Of a stretch of DNA of 38,591 bases, positions 1 to 8,572 are shown one piece after another. Under the pieces are notes generated by a model that made no database searches, was not told the origin of the DNA, and saw only the letters and a list, made by a program, of their open reading frames with translations. Positions within the stretch are counted from its first letter, which is position 1. Each line of letters starts with the position of its first letter. Position numbers and translations under genes: made by a program. The stretch comes from Patescibacteria group bacterium (GTDB lineage: Bacteria; Patescibacteriota; Minisyncoccia; GWA2-38-13b): NCBI GenBank assembly GCA_038065195.1, contig JBBTRL010000057.1, positions 1 through 38,591 on the forward strand. Direction: 5' to 3'.

Positions 1-398
1 TTATTTTTGCTTCAGAGGATATCGGTTTGGCGCAACCTACGGCTTTGGTGGTGGCAAACGATGTTTTTAGGGCAGTGGAAATAATCGCATTGCCGGAATG
101 TGGCATTAACTTGGCGGCCGGCGCGGTGTATCTCTGTCAGTGCAGAAAAGATAGAAGCGCTTATGAGGCCTATATGGAGGCGATGGCAGATGTAAAAAAA
201 TTCGGAAACTTGCCTATCCCTTTGAATTTACGAAATCCGGAAACAGAACTGATGAAAGAATTGAATTATGGTAATGGGTATGACCAATTCAATAAACTCG
301 GGGTCATGGTGAGTAAGTCGAACCATGAAAAATATTCCAAAGAATCTTTTTTACCCGATAAGTTAAAAGACCATAAATATTTAAAAAATAAGACATAA
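1..398 (+). CDS. rarA: Replication-associated recombination protein A (RarA/MgsA), C-terminal part; the 5' end lies outside the window
   Basis: The frame is open from the window edge (..IFASEDIGLAQPTAL..). ASEDIG, the LRN..TELMKELNYGNGY block and the overall C-terminal layout match the MgsA/RarA C-terminal domain. Confidence 0.85.
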   Translation, partial: IFASEDIGLAQPTALVVANDVFRAVEIIALPECGINLAAGAVYLCQCRKDRSAYEAYMEAMADVKKFGNLPIPLNLRNPETELMKELNYGNGYDQFNKLGVMVSKSNHEKYSKESFLPDKLKDHKYLKNKT

Positions 399-416
399 AA
401 GAAGTTGAATAAATTT

Positions 417-448
417 TAAAAGCCTCGCAATGTTGCGGGGCTTTTTTG
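417..448. terminator. Bidirectional intrinsic terminator between rarA and the minus-strand operon
   Basis: Hairpin agcctcgc-aatgtt-gcggggct (421-442) is flanked by an A-run upstream and a T-run downstream. Confidence 0.6.
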
Positions 449-458
449 TTGATAAAAT

Positions 459-689
459 TTAATTTTTATCTTTATTTTTCAGCAATTCTTCTTTATATTG
501 TTCGTAGTTAAGGCAATAATCACTTAAACTTAACCTTCTCTCCATGTAATTTTTTTCCTGAATAAAATTACATGTTTGGCACCCAAATCTTACGATTAGG
601 GTTGATAATATTTCTTTCGGAAGATGCGGTAATTCTTCCATTGTGTTGCCACACTGGAAGCAATAATAAGGTTGTTTTTCTTTTCCCAT
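459..689 (-). CDS. Small zinc-ribbon-like protein (CxxC...CxxC), function unknown
   Basis: 76-aa ORF with CFQC and CQTC pairs. SD GGGAGG lies upstream. It starts 12 nt after the crotonase stop, so it is probably the last gene of that operon. Confidence 0.5.
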   Translation of the reverse strand: MGKEKQPYYCFQCGNTMEELPHLPKEILSTLIVRFGCQTCNFIQEKNYMERRLSLSDYCLNYEQYKEELLKNKDKN

Positions 690-701
690 TTTTCCTCCCG
701 T

Positions 702-1595
702 TTATTCAAAATTCGCTTTTCGTTTTTCCAGAAAAGCCGTTATTCCTTCCATGGCATCTGGGCTGGTCATTGCCACGGCGAAATTTTCCCTTTCAATAGA
801 TAATGCAAGATTTGTTCCAGTGTCTATTTTATTTGTTATACCGATTACATCTTTAATCATAGCCACTGAACTTCTTGAATAAGGTTTTGACTGATTCACT
901 ATGGCCGGTGTTTCCATTTCATCTATGTCTACGGTAGAATCAATCAAATTAATGCTTAACGCTTCTCTGGCATTGAACGACGCACCAGTTTTCATATATT
1001 CAATGAATTTTTCTTGATTGAGTTTGGGAATGAATCTCCACCACCATGTTCCGCCCCAACCCGGTATAAGACCGAGTGTTGTTTCCGGCAAGCCAAAGAC
1101 AGTATTTATTGACTTGACCATTCGTGCGTGGCAAGCCATTGCCAGTTCCAATCCGCCGCCTAAAGCAAACCCGTCAATAATCGCGGTTACTTTCTTTGGG
1201 CAGGATTTTATTTCCAAGAGAGCGTTTTGTCCGATCTCGGAGAAAATCATAGCTTTTCTATAAAGCGTATGTTTGTCCATTGATGTTTCCAGTATTTTTT
1301 TAATCGCATCTATAACCGCGCCAACGGCAAAAACATTCGCATCCGCAAAGCCCTCTAGATATACTTCTTTTATGTCATCTTTACTATTATTTTCTAAAAA
1401 TCTATTCATTTCCGAAAAGAATTCTTGAAGTTCCATCATTAAAATCAATGGCAAATATGGTTTTGTTTTTTGTCTCTTTGCGTCAAATGTTTCGTCAATG
1501 CCAATGAACGAAACATGCAAAATACTTTTTTCGTCCAGCAGGCATTTTATATATTTTCTATAAATGCATTCCGCTTTTTCTGTTTTTTCCGTCAT
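702..1595 (-). CDS. Enoyl-CoA hydratase/isomerase (crotonase superfamily)
   Basis: GFALGGGLELAMACHARMV and GLPETTLGLIPGWGGT carry both catalytic-Glu contexts (GGGxE, PE). The N-terminal third is divergent. Confidence 0.85.
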   Translation of the reverse strand: MTEKTEKAECIYRKYIKCLLDEKSILHVSFIGIDETFDAKRQKTKPYLPLILMMELQEFFSEMNRFLENNSKDDIKEVYLEGFADANVFAVGAVIDAIKKILETSMDKHTLYRKAMIFSEIGQNALLEIKSCPKKVTAIIDGFALGGGLELAMACHARMVKSINTVFGLPETTLGLIPGWGGTWWWRFIPKLNQEKFIEYMKTGASFNAREALSINLIDSTVDIDEMETPAIVNQSKPYSRSSVAMIKDVIGITNKIDTGTNLALSIERENFAVAMTSPDAMEGITAFLEKRKANFE

Positions 1596-1597
1596 TA

Positions 1598-2503
1598 TTA
1601 TTCCTTTCCGTAAAAGTCAAAAATTCCTTTTTTCGTTTTTTTTCCCAAATAACCTTCTCGGACAAGATGGTGCAATAGTTGCGGCGGTTTGTATTCGCCG
1701 TAGTATTTATATAATTGATTAAGAATATTAAGAACTATATCCCATCCAATTAAATCGCCAAGGTCTAATGGACCCATCGCGCCACCAACGCCGAGCATTA
1801 TTGACCTGTTAATGTCTTCAATGCTGGCTATATTGTTTTCAAGGCAAATTAGCGATTGCCGCAGGGAAGGCATAAGATTCGCGTTGACGATGAAACCCGG
1901 GACATCCATTGATGTCAAAATAGGATCGCGCTTCAATTTTTGCGCCAGTTCAAAAATTAATTTATATGTTTCATCGGAAGTGCAGTCGCTTCTTACGATT
2001 TCTAAAAGTTTTAATATATAAGGCGGATTCATAAAGTGCGCGCCAATGATCTTCTCTTTTCGCGCGTCGCTTACCGCTTTAGCAATTTCACTAATAGAAA
2101 TAGAGGATGTATTAGTTGCCAGAATTGTTTGGGGGTCGCACAAATCGTCCAATTCGCGGAAAACCGTTTGTTTCGTTTTTAAATCTTCAAATACCGCTTC
2201 AATGAATAGTTGCGGTATTTCATTAATGGATTTCATGTCTCTTAACTCAATAGGGACAATGTTCAATAAGATACTTTGCATATTACTTATTGTAGTTATG
2301 TTTGCATATCCGTTTTTATCACATTGCTTTTCTAACGCTTTTTGTAATCTTTTTATTACTTTTCTTTTTCCTTCTTCAGCTTTTTTGTATGTCTCGTCAA
2401 AAAGATAGACATAGAATCCCGCTTCCGCGAAAACTTGCGCGATTCCGGAACCCATTGTTCCTGCGCCGATAATTCCAATCTTTTTTATATCTTTTAAATC
2501 CAT
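1598..2503 (-). CDS. hbd: 3-hydroxyacyl-CoA / 3-hydroxybutyryl-CoA dehydrogenase
   Basis: N-terminal Rossmann motif IGIIGAGTMGSGIAQVFAEAGF. The C-terminal 3HCDH domain shows GFIVNA and LGDLIGWD. Confidence 0.9.
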   Translation of the reverse strand: MDLKDIKKIGIIGAGTMGSGIAQVFAEAGFYVYLFDETYKKAEEGKRKVIKRLQKALEKQCDKNGYANITTISNMQSILLNIVPIELRDMKSINEIPQLFIEAVFEDLKTKQTVFRELDDLCDPQTILATNTSSISISEIAKAVSDARKEKIIGAHFMNPPYILKLLEIVRSDCTSDETYKLIFELAQKLKRDPILTSMDVPGFIVNANLMPSLRQSLICLENNIASIEDINRSIMLGVGGAMGPLDLGDLIGWDIVLNILNQLYKYYGEYKPPQLLHHLVREGYLGKKTKKGIFDFYGKE

Positions 2504-2526
2504 AAGCTCTCCTTAAATAAAGATAA

Positions 2527-2559
2527 TTTTTCAAAAAACTAATTCTTGTTATATTACCA
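2527..2559 (-). promoter_or_regulatory. Promoter and leader of the hbd-crotonase operon: extended -10 TGGTAATAT plus leader motif AGTTTTTTGAAAAA
   Basis: The minus strand reads TGGTAATAT(2559-2551)-N10-AGTTTTTTGAAAAA(2540-2527)-N12-AAGGAG-N4-ATG. Confidence 0.5.
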
Positions 2560-2632
2560 TAATAATTTAAAAAAGCAATTGTTGCGCGGTAAAATAAAAA
2601 AGGATGAGTATTAAACCCATCCCGTTGAATTT

Positions 2633-3520
2633 TTACGGTTTGTATCCGATCAAATTATAGAGTTCTCGCCGTGTCTGCATTTTATCAATCAAGTCTTTTT
2701 GTGTGCCGGTTTCTTTAAGGCGTTTAAAAAAATCTTCCATAGCTTTCATGGCTATTCGCATAGCGCTTACTGGAAATATAACAGCGCTATAACCCATTTT
2801 TCTGAATTCTTGCGCGGTTAAGTATGGCGTTTTTCCGAATTCCGTCATATTGGCGATAAATAGCGGATTGTCCCAATGGGGTTTGTAGAGTTCGTAAAAA
2901 AACTTGAATTCCTCTTTTGTTTCTAACGCCTCTGGAAAAATAATGTCCGCGCCGGCATCTTTATATGCGATAGTTCTGTTCGCGGCGTGTATTATGTGGC
3001 CAAAGCATCGCGCGTCTGTTCTTGCCACAATCAAAAAATCGGGATTTTTTCTTGCGTTAACAATTGTTTTTATTTTTCTTATTATTTCTTTAACGCTTAT
3101 TATTTTTTTTTCATCTAAGTGTCCGCATTTTTTGGGAAATTGCTGGTCTTCTATTTGTACGCCCGCGGCTCCAGCTTCTTCTAATCGTTTGACGGCTTTT
3201 TGCAGGTTTTTTAGATAACCAAAGCCGGTATCTATATCGACGATTGTCGGCAGATCCGTAGCTTTGATTATATCTATTGTCATTTCTAAGTATTTGGCTG
3301 GTCTGAAAATATATTTTTCTCCATTTTTTGATGAATACAACCCTCCGGTATCTGGCAGTCCCTGGCTTTGGTGGAGTGCCGCGCCGGAAACATACAGGGC
3401 TTGAAATCCTATTTTTTCGGCTAGTTTTGCCGTTAAAGGATTAAATACTCCCGGCATAACGACGATATCTTCTTTCATTGAATTTTTTAATCTTAATGCT
3501 TTATTTGTTGCCATGACCAT
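2633..3520 (-). CDS. prpB: Methylisocitrate lyase (ICL/PEP-mutase superfamily)
   Basis: Motifs VSGAAL, IEDQQFPKKCGHLDEKK and ARTDA are present, and the gene sits in a prpC-prpD-prpB context. The second ATG (3514) has better SD spacing and may be the true start. Confidence 0.75.
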   Translation of the reverse strand: MVMATNKALRLKNSMKEDIVVMPGVFNPLTAKLAEKIGFQALYVSGAALHQSQGLPDTGGLYSSKNGEKYIFRPAKYLEMTIDIIKATDLPTIVDIDTGFGYLKNLQKAVKRLEEAGAAGVQIEDQQFPKKCGHLDEKKIISVKEIIRKIKTIVNARKNPDFLIVARTDARCFGHIIHAANRTIAYKDAGADIIFPEALETKEEFKFFYELYKPHWDNPLFIANMTEFGKTPYLTAQEFRKMGYSAVIFPVSAMRIAMKAMEDFFKRLKETGTQKDLIDKMQTRRELYNLIGYKP

Positions 3521-4934
3521 AATTCCTTAAATGTAGCCATATGTCTTTTATGTCGGATAATTGTTCCATATTGCGAATGTTGCAAAAAAAGTTTTCATAT
3601 CGCGGCGCGCCATTGAAACCACTGGTTAATTCTATGAATTTATGTTCCAATTCTTCGTCAGTCAGCGGATTCTGCGGATGGCCCCTGGGATAATAGGTTG
3701 CTCCTGAATTTATCGTTCTTATTCCTATATCCATATCGGGGATTTTTTTTATTACTTTAATCGCCACCGGAAAACTTTTTCCGTAAAGCGCCGTGAAGTT
3801 CGCATCGTCTTTGATAAATATTTTATTTATCAGTTTTTTTACATTCGGATCGCGAATTTTTTCTTCAGTAAAACTGTCTAAATCTATTTTGCCGTCAATA
3901 ATGGCGCGGGCAACGCAATAAGGAATGCTATGATCGGCCGTTTCTCTTGTTTTTGGATTCCATTTTGATTCATCGCCCCCGACAATACTAACAGCCGCTT
4001 CGTAGGTTTCTATTTCTACGGAAATGATAGAATCAATATTAATAATTTCAGGAAAATCTTTTCTTAAATTCAGAATTGTTTCTACTAGTGCTTGGATATG
4101 GTATTCCACGGGCCAGTTTTTGATATAAGTTTCTAAAATTTTTATCGGAGCGGGCTTTTCTTTCAGAAATCGGTGGAAATTTTCCTCAAAGTCGTTTTTA
4201 AGGAGTTGATTTAGAAAACCGCATTTTCCTTCAAAAATTTCTTTCGGTCCGGAAATTCCGGCTTCAGTCAGTTTTACCGCTCTAAGTCCGTTGTACGCGG
4301 CATTGGCGGCGGCAAGTCCTTTCCATTCAGAAAGTTCGCCGATTCTTGTTTGGCGCACATAAACTCCCATGGTAATTGCGAGAGCGATGGCATTTTTCGT
4401 TTGTTCAATATTGAATTTTGCCAGCTTTGAAGCGCCACAAGCGATAGAAATCGGAAGATAGGTTATGTGATCCCAACCGGTTATCCTTAAAGAGGCGGCA
4501 TCGCACAGTCGGCATTGAATTTCGTAAGACAAAGCGATTGCTGTTATAAAATCTTGCGTCGTTGATTTTTTTTCTTCGGCAAAAGCCAAAAGCGCGGCGA
4601 TGTTGTCTGACGGATGCGCCGGTTCCAGCGAAAGATAAGTGTCGTTGTAGTCAAGGTATCTTATCGCTGCGCCGTTGATAAAAGAAGCTGAAAGCGCGTC
4701 TGTCTGGGGCATAGCGAATGGTTTTATAATCGTTGAGTTATGACCAATAGTGTTATAATCATATGATTTGGGCGTTATTCCGTATATTTTTTTAATTGTT
4801 TCATATTTCCAAGAGCCTAACGCGCAACCGAATGAATTAATAATCCTTCTTTTTACTTCATCAATAACTTTCGGTTTAAGATCTTGAAAAGCGATAGAAT
4901 TAACATAACGGGCAAGTTTTTCCGTAATTTCCAT
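3501..4934 (-). CDS. prpD: 2-methylcitrate dehydratase (MmgE/PrpD family)
   Basis: 477 aa with a PrpD-like layout (..FINGAAIRYLDYNDTY.., ..HPSDNI.., ..ADHSIPY..). It lies between the prpC and prpB homologues. Confidence 0.85.
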   Translation of the reverse strand: MEITEKLARYVNSIAFQDLKPKVIDEVKRRIINSFGCALGSWKYETIKKIYGITPKSYDYNTIGHNSTIIKPFAMPQTDALSASFINGAAIRYLDYNDTYLSLEPAHPSDNIAALLAFAEEKKSTTQDFITAIALSYEIQCRLCDAASLRITGWDHITYLPISIACGASKLAKFNIEQTKNAIALAITMGVYVRQTRIGELSEWKGLAAANAAYNGLRAVKLTEAGISGPKEIFEGKCGFLNQLLKNDFEENFHRFLKEKPAPIKILETYIKNWPVEYHIQALVETILNLRKDFPEIINIDSIISVEIETYEAAVSIVGGDESKWNPKTRETADHSIPYCVARAIIDGKIDLDSFTEEKIRDPNVKKLINKIFIKDDANFTALYGKSFPVAIKVIKKIPDMDIGIRTINSGATYYPRGHPQNPLTDEELEHKFIELTSGFNGAPRYENFFCNIRNMEQLSDIKDIWLHLRNYGHGNK

Positions 4935-4935
4935 A

Positions 4936-6057
4936 TTAGTTTCTTTCTCCTATGTCAATGTAAATTTGTTTTTCCAATCCGACATATTTTGCTCCCGGAC
5001 GGATTATTTTATTATTCGCTTGCTGTTCTATAATATGCGCTGTCCAGCCGGTTAACCGCGATAGCACAAAAATCGGCGTAAACAATTTTATTGGAATATC
5101 CAAAAGTTTATAAACTGTTGCAGTGTAAAAATCCAAATTCGGATAAAGACCTTTTTCTTTTAATAAAATTTCCTCAATGATTTTAGACATAGCATACCAT
5201 TTCCATTCTCTTGATTCTTCGGAAAGTTTTTTAGCATACGATTCAATAATGGGTGATCTTGGATCGCCGTTTTTATAAACCGGATGACCGAAGCCCATAA
5301 TTTTTTGTCCTTTAGACAAGGCATTTTCTATCCATTTTCTTGTCAATTTAGTATCGTTAATTTCCATGAGCATTTGCATTACCGCTTCATTGGCTCCGCC
5401 ATGCAATGGTCCTTTTAATGCGCCTATTGCCGAAAGAATGCAGGAAAAGTAATCTGAAAGAGTAGAAGCTGTGACACGCGCATTGAAAGTGGAGGCGGCA
5501 AGTTCGTGTTCCGCATAAAGCATCAAAGAAATGTCAAATGCTTTTTTAGCGAGAGGAGTGGGTGGTTTAAAGGTGATTTTTCGTAAAGTATTTTCTGTAA
5601 ATGATTTATTTGGTAACCAAAGACTTTTAAAGTTAGCTTTTGTTATCCATTCTAAAATTGATAATATTTTTGCTAAAAGATTTATTGCCAGTATTTCCGT
5701 TTTTTGATTTGAATTCGTTGTTGCGCCAAAAAAAGAAACCGCAAATTTTAAAATGTCCATTGGATGCGTGTTTCGCGAAATTTGATCCAGTATAATTTTT
5801 AATTTGTTTGCTTCTCGGGTATATTGGCAAACTTGATTTTCTAAAAGACATTTGGAAAATTCTTGAAGTTTTTGGCGGGTAGGCAGGCGCCCTTTTATAA
5901 GCAAATATGCTACTTCCTCAAAACAGCTTTTTTCCGCTAAATCTTTAAGGTCGTATCCTCTGTATAATATTGTTTTTAATTCATGGTCCAGTTTGACAAT
6001 TTTTGTTTCCGCTATTTCCATTCCTCTTAATCCCGTCGTTATTATTTTTTCCGGCAT
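4936..6057 (-). CDS. prpC: 2-methylcitrate synthase / citrate synthase family
   Basis: Citrate-synthase motifs LHGGANE, GFGHPVYKNGDPRS and NLDFY are present. It is the first gene of the prp operon and has an AAGGAGG SD. Confidence 0.8.
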   Translation of the reverse strand: MPEKIITTGLRGMEIAETKIVKLDHELKTILYRGYDLKDLAEKSCFEEVAYLLIKGRLPTRQKLQEFSKCLLENQVCQYTREANKLKIILDQISRNTHPMDILKFAVSFFGATTNSNQKTEILAINLLAKILSILEWITKANFKSLWLPNKSFTENTLRKITFKPPTPLAKKAFDISLMLYAEHELAASTFNARVTASTLSDYFSCILSAIGALKGPLHGGANEAVMQMLMEINDTKLTRKWIENALSKGQKIMGFGHPVYKNGDPRSPIIESYAKKLSEESREWKWYAMSKIIEEILLKEKGLYPNLDFYTATVYKLLDIPIKLFTPIFVLSRLTGWTAHIIEQQANNKIIRPGAKYVGLEKQIYIDIGERN

Positions 6058-6079
6058 ATTTTATCCTCCTTAAATTAAA

Positions 6080-6111
6080 TTTTCAAAAAACTCAATTTTC
6101 ACCACTCTATC
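6080..6111 (-). promoter_or_regulatory. Promoter and leader of prpCDB: TGATAGAGT plus AGTTTTTTGAAAA
   Basis: The minus strand reads TGATAGAGT(6111-6103)-N10-AGTTTTTTGAAAA(6092-6080)-N8-AAGGAGG-N7-ATG. Confidence 0.5.
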
Positions 6112-6197
6112 ATAAAGGTAATATAAAAACAATTCAATATAAAATATTTGAATTTTTTATGCTTGTCCGTGCGTGTCTTGTTAATTAACAAAAATCG

Positions 6198-6229
6198 TGA
6201 TATTATTTTGGGAAGTTATTTGAAAAAAA
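6198..6229 (+). promoter_or_regulatory. Promoter and leader of the acyl-CoA dehydrogenase/MBL operon: TGATATTAT plus AAGTTATTTGAAAAAAA
   Basis: TGATATTAT (6198-6206) is followed after 7 nt by AGTTATTTGAAAAAAA (6214-6229). It is divergent from the prpC promoter. Confidence 0.45.
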
Positions 6230-6258
6230 TATTGCATTTTTATGATAAAGGAGAAGTT

Positions 6259-7560
6259 ATGAAAATCAATTCTGGTTATTTGGATTTTTTTGATTTGGAC
6301 AGGATTTTGTCCGAAGAAAATTTAGCGGTTAGGGATTCTGTCAGGGAATTTACGAATAAAATATTATTGGCAAAACCAAAAGGATTTGAATTGTCGTTGG
6401 TCTCGGAATTATATCAAAGAGGTGAATTACCGCTTGATGAAAAATTTATATTTGCGAGAGATAAAAAGAATGAAGAAGTTATAATGTTGAGGCAATGCTT
6501 GGCTGATATGGGTTTATTTCAGATTTGTTTAAGCGCTACGATGAAATTGGCCGGGGAGAGTGAAAAGAAAATGGAGAGTTATGGCGCAACCCCGGGCTTT
6601 GATTATTTTTCATATGGCGTTGCCATGCGAGAAATTGAACGCGGTGATTCGGGAATCAGAAGTTTTATTTCCGTGCAATGTGGATTGGTTATGCATGCGA
6701 TTTATTCTCTCGGTTCAGAAGATCAAAAATTAAAATGGTTACCTCTTTTGGCGTCAGGCCAAAAAATCGGTTGTTTCGGCGCCACGGAATCGGGGTCCGG
6801 TTCAAATGTCGCCGATTATAAAACGAAAGCCGTAAAAGACGGAAAATATTATATCTTGAATGGCGCAAAGGAATGGATAACCAATGCCGCGGCGCTTGCC
6901 GACATTGCCATTATTTGGGCGAAAACCGAAGATGGTATTTTACGCGCGTTTATTGTTGAACGGGGAACGCCCGGATTTTCAACTTCTAAAATAGAATATA
7001 AAAATTCTATGCGCGCTTCGGATACTGGTTGTATTTCACTTGCGGATTGCAGAATTCCTGAGGAAAATATTTTGCCGATTTTTTATCCGCAAGACACCGG
7101 TAATAAGTCATTACTTCAATGTTTTAGTCAAGCCAGATTCGGCATTGGTTGGGGTATGATCGGGGTGGCGCAGGCGTGTTATAAAGAGGCGCATAATTTT
7201 GTCACCTTGCGGAAAGTTAGCGGCGGAATGCTTGATAGTAAGCAATTGATTCAAGAAGATTTTGTTGAAATGGCGCGGCTCATAAGTTGTATGCAACTTA
7301 TGAGCAACGAGATAACAATGTTAAGGGAACAAAATAAAATGGACCATGAACATATTTCTATGGTTAAAATGAACAATTGCGATTTTGCGTTTAAGGTCGC
7401 AAGAATTGCGGATAGAATTGTCGCGTCCGCTTCCATAACAGACGAAGTGTGCATTGGCCGCCATTTGAACAATATTCGCGCCGTTGATACTTATGAAGGC
7501 GCGTATAATATTCATAAATTGATTGTCGGGCGCGCTTTATTGGGGAAATGGGCTTTATAG
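6259..7560 (+). CDS. Acyl-CoA dehydrogenase, glutaryl-CoA-dehydrogenase-like
   Basis: Motifs IGCFGATESGSGSNVA, WITNAA, MRASDTG and the YEGAYNIH tail are present. The N-terminus LDFFDLDRILSEEN..VRDSVREF resembles GCDH. The start is set at ATG 6259 (AAAGGAG 5 nt upstream) rather than the ORF-track start at 6148. Confidence 0.8.
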   Translation: MKINSGYLDFFDLDRILSEENLAVRDSVREFTNKILLAKPKGFELSLVSELYQRGELPLDEKFIFARDKKNEEVIMLRQCLADMGLFQICLSATMKLAGESEKKMESYGATPGFDYFSYGVAMREIERGDSGIRSFISVQCGLVMHAIYSLGSEDQKLKWLPLLASGQKIGCFGATESGSGSNVADYKTKAVKDGKYYILNGAKEWITNAAALADIAIIWAKTEDGILRAFIVERGTPGFSTSKIEYKNSMRASDTGCISLADCRIPEENILPIFYPQDTGNKSLLQCFSQARFGIGWGMIGVAQACYKEAHNFVTLRKVSGGMLDSKQLIQEDFVEMARLISCMQLMSNEITMLREQNKMDHEHISMVKMNNCDFAFKVARIADRIVASASITDEVCIGRHLNNIRAVDTYEGAYNIHKLIVGRALLGKWAL

Positions 7561-7586
7561 AATTTTAAAATAAGGAGGGAACGCTT

Positions 7587-8465
7587 TTGATTAGATTCGG
7601 GGATTTTACGATTTGTTGCGTTAATGACGGATTTTTCCGGCTTGATGGCGGAGCAATGTTCGGTATTGTGCCAAAGTCAGTTTGGGAAAGAAATAATCCA
7701 ACTGACGAAAAAAACCGGATATTGCTTTCTTTGAATTGCCTGTTGATTCAAAATAGAAAAACTACTGCTACTATTCTTGTGGATACGGGCATAGGCGTCA
7801 AAGACAACGAAACGCAGGAAAGATTTAAGAGATTTTACGATTTTCACGGTTCTCGTATCGTTGAAAACATATATGATATTGCCGGATTACTGCCGCATGA
7901 AATAAGTTTCGTTATAAACACGCATTTACATTTGGATCACGCGGGCGGCAATACATATTTTGATGAACAAGAGGGCGGAGAGAAAATTACTTTTTATAAT
8001 GCCAAATATGTTATTCAGAAAGGGGAGCTGGAAGCAGCTCTTGCCGATAATGAAAGGACGAACGGAAGTTATTTAAAAGATAGCATTAAAACTTTAATGC
8101 GTTGTGATGAAGATAATCTTATGCTCATTGATGCCGAAGAAAAAGAGATAATAAGAGGAGTTAGCGTTTTAAGGACCGGCGGACACACGAAGCATCATCA
8201 ATGCGTTAAAATTGTTTCTAACGGCAAAACCGTTCTTTATTTGGGCGATCTGATTCCGACAGTTTCGCATTTGAATCTGGCGTGGATTATGGGATATGAC
8301 CTTTATCCTTTAGATACTTTGCGTATGAAAGAAAAACTGCTCAATCAAGCGTTTATCGAACGATGGCTTTTGGTTTTTGAACATGATCCGAATATAGCGA
8401 TGGGATATTTAAGAAAGGAAAATAAAGGCGAGTGGGCGATAGAAGTTGTTGAAAGAATTGAATAA
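7587..8465 (+). CDS. MBL-fold metallo-hydrolase (AiiA-like HxHxDH family)
   Basis: NTHLHLDHAGGN and LDGGAMFGIVPK motifs are present. The start is TTG, 7 nt after AAGGAGGG. Confidence 0.8.
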   Translation: MIRFGDFTICCVNDGFFRLDGGAMFGIVPKSVWERNNPTDEKNRILLSLNCLLIQNRKTTATILVDTGIGVKDNETQERFKRFYDFHGSRIVENIYDIAGLLPHEISFVINTHLHLDHAGGNTYFDEQEGGEKITFYNAKYVIQKGELEAALADNERTNGSYLKDSIKTLMRCDEDNLMLIDAEEKEIIRGVSVLRTGGHTKHHQCVKIVSNGKTVLYLGDLIPTVSHLNLAWIMGYDLYPLDTLRMKEKLLNQAFIERWLLVFEHDPNIAMGYLRKENKGEWAIEVVERIE

Positions 8466-8484
8466 AAATATAAAAACACAATAA

Positions 8485-8520
8485 CATCAAACTTACAAAC
8501 TTGAGATTGTAGGTTTGATG
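8485..8520. other. 14-bp-stem hairpin downstream of the MBL gene with no U-tract
   Basis: catcaaacttacaa (8485-8498) pairs with ttgtaggtttgatg (8507-8520) with one G:U pair. Confidence 0.4.
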
Positions 8521-8532
8521 TGAATATAAATT

Positions 8533-8566
8533 AAAAAAGGCAACTGAATTCAGTTGCCTTTTACTT
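8533..8566. terminator. Bidirectional intrinsic terminator
   Basis: A perfect 24-nt palindrome aaggcaactgaattcagttgcctt (8537-8560) sits between an A-run and a T-run. It separates convergent genes. Confidence 0.75.
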
Positions 8567-8572
8567 TTGTTT

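Noticed and set aside
572-2408. Plus-strand ORFs (75, 81, 69 and 120 aa) inside the crotonase and hbd genes, plus the many similar 60-126-aa antisense ORFs elsewhere (for example 12202-12815, 14142-14689, 20527-20862, 22271-22598)
   Set aside because: They sit entirely within strongly supported genes on the other strand. Their translations are low-complexity or Ser/Phe/Ile-rich, and they have no initiation signals.
6003-6188. 61-aa plus-strand ORF spanning the prpC start and the divergent promoter region
   Set aside because: It overlaps the prpC SD and start and both promoter/leader elements. It has no SD, and its translation is Phe/Leu-rich as expected for AT-rich non-coding sequence.
6148-6258. 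N-terminal extensions suggested by the ORF-track starts at 6148, 15940, 18651 and 26306
   Set aside because: The extensions run through promoter and leader sequence (-10 box, leader motif) and lack an SD. In each case an internal ATG sits 4-10 nt downstream of AAGGAG or GGGGAG and restores the family-typical N-terminus.
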